64,000 bases of DNA from the human T2T-CHM13v2.0 reference genome, Homo sapiens. The notes below the pieces were generated by a model. The model saw only the letters and a list, made by a program, of their open reading frames with translations. It searched no databases and was not told where the DNA came from. Numbering within the stretch: the stretch's first letter is position 1; each line of letters begins with the position of its first letter. This document shows positions 30,351-42,000 of the stretch, piece after piece. The DNA lies in the NCBI RefSeq assembly GCF_009914755.1, contig NC_060937.1, one strand, 5' to 3'. A program made the position numbers and the translations under genes.

Positions 30351-31510
30351 CACCTCTCCCCCAAGGGGTGTTTCAAAAGAAAGGGAGAGAATAAAAAGTT
30401 CTACTTAAACAATTTTCAAAGGCATACATCAGGCAATAATTATGACTGCTGGTATAATATGCCATTATATTGAAAAGATTAGGTATTAAATATATGCATC
30501 TCTGGTGCTATGCCAAATGCTGGGTGGTTCCTTTCTTCAAATAAAGTAATAGACAACGTAAATTTTAAGACTTGTTTAAAACATCCAGTTATTTTATTAC
30601 AGCATTTCTAAAGAATACTTTTTGTGATAGCTAGCTTGCTAGATATATAGAGTATGAATCTCATTTCACAATCTCAGTTGTGCACAAAATGTGATATCAT
30701 AATTTTATGATAATGATTTAATATTTACTTTGAGCTATCATTTCACTAGATGGTAGAAATTTAATGTAATTCTTAAGATTTTGCATTGTGTTGAGGCTAC
30801 AGGGGGTAGAGGTACAGCCAGTGATGTGCTGGTAGACAAGCACTGGGAGGGAAAAAAGCCCCCTGATTACAGGCATACCTCAGAGATATTGCAAGTTTGG
30901 GTCCAGATTATTGGACTAAAGTAAACATCACAATGAAGTTTATCACACACATTTTTTGGCTTCCCAATGCATATAAACCTTATATTTACACTATACTACA
31001 GTCTACTAGGTGTACAATAGCACTATGCCTAAAAAATGAATAGACCTTAATTTTAAAACACTATATTACTAAAAAAATACCAACGATCTTCTGAATCTTC
31101 AGCAAATTGTAATATTTTTGCAATGTCTTATTCTAAGAGATTTCCACAGCTACCTCAGGGTGGTAGTTCTTGAAGGTTGAGGTGGCTATGGAAATTTCTT
31201 AAAATAAGACAACAATAAAGTTAGCCATGTCAGTTGACTCTTTTTTTCCAAACAAGCTTTCTCTGTAGCATGTGATGCTGCTTGATAGCATTTTACTCAC
31301 AGTAGAACTTCCTTAAAACTTGGAGTTAATCCTCAAAGTCTGCCATTGCTTTATCAACTAAATTCATGTGATATTCTAAATCCTTTGCTGTCATTTCAAC
31401 AGTGTTCACAGCATCTTCACCAGTAGTAGATTTCATCTGAAGAATCACTTTCTTTGCTTATACATAAGCAGGAACTCTGTCCTTTTAAATTTTACCATGA
31501 GATTTTTTAC

Positions 31511-31546
31511 CAGAGCAAGACTCTGTCTCAAAAAAAAAAAAAAAAA
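31511..31546 (+). mobile_element. Extremely 5'-truncated Alu (about 19 nt plus poly-A) inside Tigger1
   Basis: CAGAGCAAGACTCTGTCTC followed by A17, flanked by AAAT(T)TTACCATGAGAT repeats. Confidence 0.85.
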
Positions 31547-32980
31547 TTTACCATGAGATGGCAGCAATTCAGTCACATCTTCAAGCTTTACTTCTAATTC
31601 TAGTTCTTTTGCTATTTCCATCACATCTGCAGTTACTTTCTCCACTGATATCCTGAACCACCACCTTCCCAAGTCACCCATGAGTTGGAATCAGCTCCTT
31701 CCATATTCCTGTTAATGTTGACGTTTTGACATCCATGAATCACAAATGTTCTTAATGGTATCTGTAATGGTGAATCCTTCCCAGAAAGTTTTCCATTTAC
31801 GATCAAACAGATAAATCACTATCTATGGCAGCCATAGTCTTAAAAAATACATGTTATATATTCTTAAATAATAAGACCTGAAAATTGAAATGACTCCTTG
31901 ATCCATGGGATGCAGAATGGATGTTGCATTAGCAGGCATGAAAACAAAATTAATCTCCCTGTACATCTTCAGAGCTCTTGAGTGACTGGGCGCATTGTTA
32001 ATGAGCAATAATATTTTGGAGGAAATCTTTCTTTTTTGAGTAGTAGGTCTCAATAGTGGGCTTAAAATTTTTAGTAAAACATGCTTTAAACATACATGCT
32101 ATCATCCAGGCTTTATTTCTCCATTTATAGAGCACAGGCAGCATAGGTTTAGCATTTTTAAGGGCCCTGGAGTTTTCATAATGGTAAATAAGAATTGATT
32201 TTAACTTAAAGTCACCAGCTGCATCAGCCCCTAACAAGAGCATCAGCCTGTCTTTTGAAGCTTTGAAGCCGGGCGCTGTCTTCTCTCTAGGTATAAAATT
32301 TCTAGATGGTATCTTCTTCAAATAGAAGGCCATTTTGTCTATACTGAAAATCTGTTGTTTAGCGTAGCCACCTTCATCCATGATCTTACCTAGATCTGCT
32401 GGATAACTTGCTACAGTTTCTACATCCATGCCACATTCCTCTCAGTTATGCAAGAAACATTCTACTAGGTGTTGGGAGATTTTATGAGGCTAGCCCAGCC
32501 CTAGAGTCATGAATAACAGCATTTGCTGCTTCACCTTGCACTCTTATGTTATGAAGATGGCTTCTTTCCTTAAAACTCACGAACCAAACTCTACTAGCTT
32601 CCAACTTTTCTTCTGCAGCATCCTTACCTCCTTCAGCCTTTAAAGAATTGAAGAGAATTAGGGCCTCGCTCTGGATTAGGCTTTGGCTTAAGGGAGTGTT
32701 GTGGCTGGTTTGGTCTTCTATCCAGACCACTTGAACTTTCTCATTGTTGTTGTTTCTCCATATCAACAATAAGGCTGTTCTGCTTTCTTATCATTCATGT
32801 GTTTACTGCAGTAGCACTTTTAATTTCCTTCCAGAACTTTTCCTTTTCATTTACAGCTTGGCAAAATGGTGCAGAAGGCCTTGATTTTGGCCTATCTGGA
32901 TTTTCAACATGCTTTTCTCCCTAAACTTAATTATTTCTAGCTTTTGATTTAATCTGAGAGATGTGCGACTCTTTCTTTCA

Positions 32981-33064
32981 TTAGGCTGGCACAAAAGTAA
33001 TGCAAAAGTATTAGGTTGGTGCAAAAGTAATGGCAAAACCACCATTACTTTTGCACCAACCTAA
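32981..33064. mobile_element. Rearranged MADE1 (Hsmar1-derived MITE)
   Basis: TTAGGTTGGTGCAAAAGTAAT...ATTACTTTTGCACCAACCTAA TIRs, an extra partial left end at 32981, and an internal deletion. Confidence 0.92.
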
Positions 33065-34639
33065 TACTTGAAGCTTTGAACACTTGATGGCCATTGCATG
33101 GTTATTAATTGGCCTCATTTCAACATTGTTTGTCTCAGAGACTAGGGAGGCCCCAGGAGAGGGAGAGAGACAAGGAAATGGCCATTTGATGGAGCAGTTG
33201 GAATGCCCACAACATTTGGTGGAGCAATTGGAACACCCAAAACATTTATCAAAGTTCACCATCATATATGAGTGCTGCTCATGTCACTCCAAAGTAATTG
33301 CAACAGTAGCTGATCACAGATTCACAATAAGAGATATGATTTAAAAAAGTTTAAAACATGGCGAGAATTACTGAAGTGTGATGCAGAGACATGAAGTAAG
33401 CATATGCTGTTGGAAAAGTGGCACCAATAGACTTGCTGGACTTAGGGTTGCTGCAAACCTTCAATTTGTATTTTAAAAATGCAATATCTGTGAAGCTCAA
33501 CAAATCAGTGTGCAATAAAATGAGGTATTCCTATAGCAGTATTTGCCAATTTTCCTAGTGTAAATGCTGCTGTGAAGGCCAATTTAAAGGTGCAGACTTG
33601 GAAGAGATGCACACAATCGGCTTCTGCAGGTCAATGTGAACCAGCTTCCACATGCCACTGGCATGTATCTGGTCCTAAGAGTCATCAATCATCCTATTTC
33701 CAGCATGGGGTTTGTCAATAGGTCACTCCCACTTGAGACCTCTTCTGGTCTTATACCTCTCTGTTAGTGCCACATTGTTCTCAGTTATGCAAGAAACATT
33801 CTACTAAGCATTGGGAGATTTTATGAGGCTGACTCAACCCTAAGATCACGAAACAGACATTTTCTCTTTCCTAGCACTAGGATGGGAACTGAGGAGCTGA
33901 TGGTTCTATGACTATCCCTCTGTGCTTTCAGATCCTCAAACTCATTTGGGAGTTCCATTGTCTTCCCCATGGGTCTTGGCTGAAGGCAGTGGGACATAGA
34001 GGATGCCTGCCAATGTCTCAGCTCTCTTTGATTCCTTGATGGCTCCCTCTACCTCTCCTCTTGTCCTAAACATCTTTTACCTAGTTTGAGCAAAGGTTAG
34101 ATACTGCCTTATCATATATTCTTCCACATGTTTTCTTTTTGCCTGAAACCCTAGGTTTTTGATATTCTAAAGCCAGGAATTTTATTCCCTCTATCAGTTG
34201 CATTTTTTCGTGACGTTGTGTGGTTTAGATGCCTGACCTGGGAAAGGGTCATGGAATATAGGGATCTATAGAAATACAGGCGCAATTTATCTGTTAATAT
34301 TTTAAAATATTTCTGTCACCTATTTCCTCTTCTATTAAGCTTTGTTCTGGGCACCCTAAATAAATGAATATAATATACACATATACATACACACACACAC
34401 ATACAGAAAGAGAGAGAGAGAGAGAAAATGTTTATATACCAAGTTAATATGATCATTTATCCTTGGAGGTAATGCATTAAATTCCTTCCTAATACAAGAA
34501 TCTCTCTTTTCATTCACCTTGTAAGAGTGTTACTCTTCTTGTATTTAAATAAAAAATGTTAGAAGATTTAGTTAGGAAACAATATAAATTATTACTGGAG
34601 AAGTGGTTTGAATTGAATGCTGAGTCTAAATAATCATTT

Positions 34640-35755
<1,116 letters not shown>

Positions 35756-36042
35756 TTAGGCAAAAGGGACTCCAAAGTGTATGGAGATTTAAATGCAGGA
35801 AGCTTCTACCTCACTATGGGCTGAAAAACAAAGGGAAACTTAGAATTATTAAAATTTAGAAGATAGAAGAGAGCTCCAGAAAGCTAGAACTCAAATCTTT
35901 GCTGTAGAGAAGAGCTAGCTGGTGCTCTGAAATCATGTGATGATATTTTCTCTAAGACTATAGGAAAAACCACACACTGGAATCAACTGTTACTCTTGAA
36001 TGAAGTGCTGCTGCCTAGGTGAAGAGGCACTGCTGGGATGAT

Positions 36043-37522
36043 AGAGGTGACAGCGTGCTGGCAGTGGTGACAGCGTGCTGGCAGTCCTCACAGCCCTCGC
36101 TCGCTCTCAGCGCCTCCTCTGCCTGGGCTCCCACTTTGGCGGCACTTGAGGAGCCCTTCAGCCCACTGCTGCACTGTGGGAGCCCCTTTCTGGGCTGGCC
36201 AAGGCCAGAGCTGTCTCCCTCAGCTTGCAGGGAGGTGTGGAGGGAGAGGGGCGAGTGGAACCGGGGCTGCGCGGGGCACTTGCAGGCCAGCTGGAGTTCT
36301 GGGTGGCCGTGGGCTTGGCGGGCCCTGCACTCGGAGCAGCCGGCCGGCCCTGCCGGCCCCGGGCAATGAGGGACTTAGCACCCGGGCCGGCGGCTGTGGA
36401 GGGTGTACCGGGTCCCCCAGCAGTGCCAGCCCACCGGGGCTGCGCTTTTCTCACCGGGCCTTAACTGCTTTCCCGCGGGGCAGGGCTCGGGACCTGCAGC
36501 CCGCCATGCCTGAGCCTTCCACCCCCTCCATGGGCTCCTGTGCAGCCAAGCCTCCCCGACCAGTGCCACCCCCTGCCCCACCACGCCCAGTCCCATCGAC
36601 CACCCAAGGGCTGAGGAGTGCGGGCACTCGGTGCCGGACTGGCAGGTAGCTCCACCTGCAGCCCCGGTGCGGGATCCACTGGGTGAAGCCAGCTGGGCTC
36701 CTGAGTCTGGTGGGGACGTGGAGAACCTTTATGTCTAGCTCAGGGATTGTAAATACACCAATCAGCACCCTGTGTCTAGCTCAGGGTTTGTGAATACACC
36801 AGTGGACACTCTGTATCTAGCTACTCTCGTGGGGCCTTGGAGAACCTTTATGACTAGCTCCGGGATTGTAAATGCACCAATCAACACCTGTATCTAGCTA
36901 ATCTGGTAGTGCCTTGGAGTACCTTTGTGTCAACACTCTGTATCTAGCTAATCTGGTGGGGACGTGGAGAACCTTTGTGTCTAGCTCAGGGATTGTAAAC
37001 GCACCAATCAGCGCCCTGTCAAAACAGACCACTCCACTCTACCAATCAGCAGGATGTGGGTGGGGCCAGATAAGAGAATACAAGCAGGCTGCCCGAGCCA
37101 GCATTGGCAACCCGCTCGGGTCCCCTTCCACACTGTGGAAGCTTTGTCCTTTCGTTCTTTGCAATAAATCTTGCTACGGCTCACTCTTTGGGTCCACACT
37201 GCTTTTATGAGCTGTAACACTCACTGTGAAGGTCTGCAGCTTCACTCCTGAAGCCAGCAAAACCACGAGCCCACTGGGAGGAACGAACAACTCCAGAGGC
37301 TCCGCTTTAAGATTCGTAACACTCACCGCCAAGGTCTGTAGCTTCACTCCTGAGCCAGGGAGACCACAAACCCACCAGAAGGAAGAAACTCCGAACACAT
37401 CTGAACATCAGAAGGAACAAACTCCGGACACGCTGCCTTTAAGAACTGTAACACTCACCGCGAGGGTCTGCGGCTTCATTCTTGAAGTCAGTGAGACCAA
37501 GAACCCACCAATTCCGGACAAA
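36043..37522 (+). mobile_element. LTR12C (ERV9) solo LTR, CpG-rich
   Basis: Start GAGGTGACAGCGTGCTGGCAGTCCTCACAGCCCTCGCTCGCTC; tandem CCAAT/TATC enhancer subrepeats; U5 CTGTAACACTCAC repeats; end CCAATTCCGGACA; possible ATAG TSD. Confidence 0.97.
36720..37170 (+). promoter_or_regulatory. ERV9 U3 enhancer/promoter and R-region polyA signal
   Basis: CCAAT at 36758, 36877, 37004 and 37042; GATA-type TATC/GATA motifs; GT-box GGGTGGGG; TATA-equivalent reads AATACAA at 37077; AATAAA at 37163-37168. Confidence 0.7.
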
Positions 37523-38974
37523 ATAGCATCAGGATCAAAAGGTAAGCAGGTAGGAGCCCTCCTCCAGCAATCCAGTTTTCCTCTAGCATTCCTAAAGGTA
37601 TGTTTTAGGAGCCTAACAGGGAGCCACCTGGCTATAGAAAAATGTGGTTTTCACAGCGCCAGCATCAGCCTCAGAAAATAGAGTATAAATGGGTAGGTTT
37701 GAAGCTGAGGGCCACATTTCCCATGGTCAATGGTGTCTATAAAATTTTCAAAAAACAAAAACACTTGGGGGACCTACATGGAGCTGCATCAAACTGGATA
37801 AGCTTTATGTCCTACGAAACCTGGATCTACCCTGGATGGTAGTTCCTGAGGTCTCCAGGAAAGAGGATGTACTAGTGTGAGAAGAAGGCCAGGGCCAAAT
37901 CTTAGAAGTAGAATTAGTAGAGAAAAATGAGATAGACAGAAAAGGATTATTTAGGAAATTGGGAAATAAACCATAATTGTAATGCACTGTGGAATCAACT
38001 GGAGACAGAGGACAGGATGGTGGGCAAGGGTAGGCCTTTGGAATGGGAAAATGAGTACCAGTGCTCCTTCCCTTCAATGTGTCCACACCAACTGTTCTCT
38101 TTTTCTGCTGGGCTCCATAGCCAGGCTTATGCACAGCCCTATATCCGATGAAGCCCTTCTGTGTTTGCTGAGATTCCTGATCCTCCATCACAGAATAGAA
38201 AATGAGCATTTGGGAAATAAAGAAAAATTAATAACCTCTAAAATTCTTCCCAGGAAAAACCACCACCTCGAAAACATTTTCCCAGGAAAGATATTTCCAT
38301 ACTCAACCAGAGCTAGATCCTTGTTCACTAAGCAGCTGGACAGTTTAAGCACTTGGAAAAGCCTCTTCACTCTAAAACAAATAATTTTTTTATTATTCAG
38401 AGAAGCCAAATGGACTGTACCAGATAAAACCCATCACACAACCTCCCTGTCTGATAAATTGTTTCCCAACAACAGCATCCACTGGCCTCTACTTGGGTGT
38501 CAATGTTAAACGTTAATAAGTTTGTTTCTTTTATGATTTTACTATTAGGGACCTTGAAGTGTTTGTGACCTTCCTGACCTCTCTTTTCCATGGACAGCCC
38601 CTAGGACACTATAGACACAAGGAATAATAGAAAAATAGGAAATACCGTGCTGTTTTAGTAGCAACTAAGCCAGCACCTGATGCCCCGACATAGGGCCTCT
38701 TTGACAAGGTATTTGGAGCATATAATTTTGACTTGAGATGAAAGGGAGGCCCCCTGTTTCCCCTTTTAATATAAATCTTAGATCCAGCAAGCTCAGGTGT
38801 GACTGCAGGCTCAGAAAGAAAAATGACATCTTTGAAGGTTGAAGATTGAAGGTGAAGGTTGGGGAAGAAAAAGAGAAGAAACAAAATACCAGCTGGAGTT
38901 TTCTTGAAGCAAGACCTGACTAGATCTGTTCCCACATGAACCAGAGAGCACCAGCGGGGAGGGGGAGAAGGAGG

Positions 38975-39057
38975 TCTGAGTGCCTTGCTAATATTAAGAT
39001 GGAGTTGATTTTAAAATGGAGTCACCCTGGCTCTTCTAGGCTCCCGTTTACCTAACA
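38975..39057 (-). mobile_element. ERV LTR 5' fragment (LTR47-like)
   Basis: Minus strand reads TGTTAGGTAAACGGGAGCCTAGAAGAGCCAGGGTGACTCCATTTTAAAATCAACTCCATCTT; extent to the left unclear. Confidence 0.5.
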
Positions 39058-42000
39058 CTTCTAGCAAAACCTAGCCCGGTGAATATCATGATCTCGAGAT
39101 AGGAGCCATGATAAGATGAGCAGCTCACCATCCCTTAGGGAGAAGCCTAAAGGGGAAATGGTGAAGCCGACCTGCCACCTCATGAAGTTCAGTGACAATC
39201 CCCTCCTCTAACAAAGCTAAAGTCTTTTCTCAGTTAGGAAAAATTGCTCTTGGGCAGGCTGGAGAGATTTACGGGAAATCAGAGACTCAACCTATCTTCA
39301 TAACAGCAAAGATTTTAATTTAGTTTCACAGGGCATGGGTATCTATGTCAAAATACAGACAACACCCATCATTCATTGGATATACAACCAGTTGTAAGAT
39401 CCTATCATATAAAATGTCTATGAGTAATTTAATGTCAATTTGGAGGGGCATCAAGAAAATACTATTACACAGTGCTCATTTCTGTGCTCTGTCTCTTCCA
39501 AGTCTTAATAAGGGAGTGGCCTGGACTTTTCAAAGAATGCTTCCTTTAATAAGCATGCTCAGCATCTCAGGAGACAAATGTAGAACTAAAGTGATCTTGT
39601 AAACTAAAGAATTAATAGAGAGGTTTCCACAGGATAATTGCTGCATAACACCCAAGAAAAGAGCTTTTGCACAAGTTCAAATAGGCAAAGGTTTGACGAA
39701 ACATAGGTTGGATAAGAAAGTAGGACATGGTGGGTGATGAGCTTGCTCCAAGTCTGCAATGAAGACCTGTCTGCAGTGTACAACACAAGCATAACACTGA
39801 ATGTATCAAAAACAAAACAAAACAAAAAACACAGAAGAGAATATGAGCCATTCTCTTGGGGGAAAAATCAAAACATTATTGGCATACACTTACCAAATGA
39901 ATGAGGGTTATAGAGAATACAGAGAGGATTCAAAGAAGAGCTGCAAACATGGTTTAATTGGATATCACACTTGAAAGAAATATTGAAAAAACAAGGCTTT
40001 TTTTTTTTCTGCTGGCAAAACATAAAACTTAGGAAATATTTTATAGTCATTCGATAGAAAAAGGGCTGTCAGAGACTGGCAATAAGCAGTTCTCTTGCCC
40101 TACAGTTGACATAATCAAAGAAAATTGGCTTAAACTATAACAGTCTGAGAGAGATTTATAATTTCCTACCTACTCAGTCAAACTGGAAAAATTCACTCCC
40201 TATTTATGAAGTGCAATTATGCCTTGTATGTGCTGAAGGCATGCCCTGGTCATATTATTCAAGTTCTTTTTTAAAGTCCAAGTCCTGTCATATTAGTATT
40301 TCACATAACACTACTCGCAATTAAGCGCTTAATATGGTATTTGGATGTTGTAATAAACAACAAAGATTTTCCTGTCCTGTAGCCAGGGAACATTGGTCAG
40401 GTGTGGAATCTCATTCCCTGAAGTAATTCATTCTGGTTTTAGCTTAAGAAACTTTAGGCTTCTTCGGATATTGATTTACAGAAAGAAGCCAAATAGAAAA
40501 TTAGTTCCCACGTGACTGTGTCTGCTTTTATGATAAAGTACTTTGGGCTAGGCATAATTGTCTTTTTTTTTTTTTAATGTGGTCATAGTCTATTATGCAA
40601 ATTAATCTTTCAGGATCTAAGTTATACCAAGTATAATATCCTCGTGGGCTATAGACATTAATTGTTACTTACAATGTGTCTATTATAAGTCTAACGTTGC
40701 TAAGTTACAAAGTTATATATTTTGCCAATTTAAATGCCTTTTAAAGATACGCTTGTGTGAGGATTCTTACACTATACATGAGCTGAACCGGGATGGTCTT
40801 CCTGGCAATCTTGAAGAAGGGAATAAATTCCTATGGTCTGCAATAGAGCTTAAGAAATTGCAGCATGTTGGTGGGGAGATGGAATATGGAATGTTCTTTT
40901 TAGTTCTGTGTTTGGCCTGTTAACACTAAAAATGATGGATGTGACTGATAATACAGTGTAAGCAATAGATCACAGGTAGATAATAGGTAGAAAGATTTTA
41001 GATATATTCCTATTAAAACTCCATTTTTCACTGACAATTAAGAGAGGTCCAGGGAAGTGTCAAATTGCTGGTTCGTCTTGGGTTTGATTTTATAATTTCG
41101 TATTCATTTTTGTAATACGTGGTGTTTTCTGTCCTGATTTACTATTTTGTATGGGTAGACATTATCTTTTAATAATGCTAGGAAATACAGATGCATTAAC
41201 TTCCTTGTAACTTTGCATCTTTTAACCAGGGTAAAATAATTTCTTTTAATTAGTAAGACAGTTCTAGTCTTAGGATTTGCTACTAAATTTCAATCAGAGA
41301 ACAAGATGCTTTGAAAATTTATAATGGAGATTCTAACAGAATTTTAACTTCCTCACCACTGAGTCTCTGCTATAAAACCATCCATGCAAAGAACATGGTT
41401 AATTTATCTACAATGTTATCAACATTGGCCTTAAATTAGATCTTCATACAATTTAACAAGATGCAACAATACAATGGCTATGATTTATTTGTGATATATA
41501 TGACATAATCATAAAAACATCAGGTCACCAGAGCTAGCATTTTGCATCCTTATAATTCTTTAAATGATTTTTCTTTGTCTTTTGTAAAAGGAAGTCAAAA
41601 TAATTTAACATGACATCAATATGCATGGAATATAGTGTATCTAACAGTTACAGTCTTCTAAAATATTTCTTGTAACTAACAGTAATTTATTAAGTAATAA
41701 ACCAGGAAGCTCATTAATGCAAAGCCATTAATTTTCTTCTTCTAATATTGTTATGAGAGAGATTCCATTTTAATTTCAACTGTGAGTGGTTGATATAAGA
41801 GTGCAATTTTTACACCAGTAGTTAAAGAATGATTATATTTTGTTTCTGTCAAATAATTCTCAAGGTTTAATAATTTTTGGAATGTTACTCAGCATTCTAT
41901 TCATAATAATAATGCTCCAACAAATTACTGATTCTCATAGCGCATCTGATGTTTGCCAGGTAAGGTGTGAGATTTTGGCAAAGAGCAAAGCACGGACTTC

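Larger units (their letters stand above)
31445..33100 (-). pseudogene. Decayed Tigger1 transposase (HTH-psq, CENP-B-type HTH and DDE domain fragments)
   Basis: Fragments [28 protein letters not shown]...[26 protein letters not shown]...[23 protein letters not shown] (second catalytic D>N) and PMDQG; multiple frameshifts. Confidence 0.92.
30870..33533 (-). mobile_element. Near full-length Tigger1 (pogo/Tc1-mariner DNA transposon) with three internal insertions
   Basis: Terminal inverted repeats CAGGCATACCTC... and ...GAGGTATTCCTA, each flanked by TA (30868-30869, 33534-33535); transposase remnants inside. Confidence 0.95.
30819..33660. mobile_element. MER63-like (hAT-Blackjack) element split by Tigger1 into 30819-30867 and 33534-33660
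   Basis: Termini CAGTGATGTGCTGG ... CCAGCTTCCACATGCCACTG; internal AAAAAAGCCCCCTGATT | TAGC...TTTGCCAATTTTCC...GGAAGAGATGCACACAATCGGCT is continuous across the Tigger1. Confidence 0.65.

Noticed and set aside
31998-32769. TIGD1/CENP-B-like domesticated gene
   Set aside because: The fragments lie in different frames, are interrupted by insertions and retain transposon TIRs; this is a decayed Tigger1
36720-37500. Spaced direct repeats resembling a CRISPR-like array
   Set aside because: These are the known ERV9 U3 enhancer subrepeats and U5 repeats; the context is eukaryotic and there are no unique spacers or cas genes
36019-37681. Overlapping GC-rich ORFs of 70-167 aa and an apparent CpG-island gene promoter
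   Set aside because: All lie in LTR12C; such ORFs are typical artefacts of this GC-rich LTR
37805-38509. 175-aa (+) and 134-aa (-) ORFs
   Set aside because: No recognisable domain, no convincing splice framing; length alone is weak evidence in 64 kb
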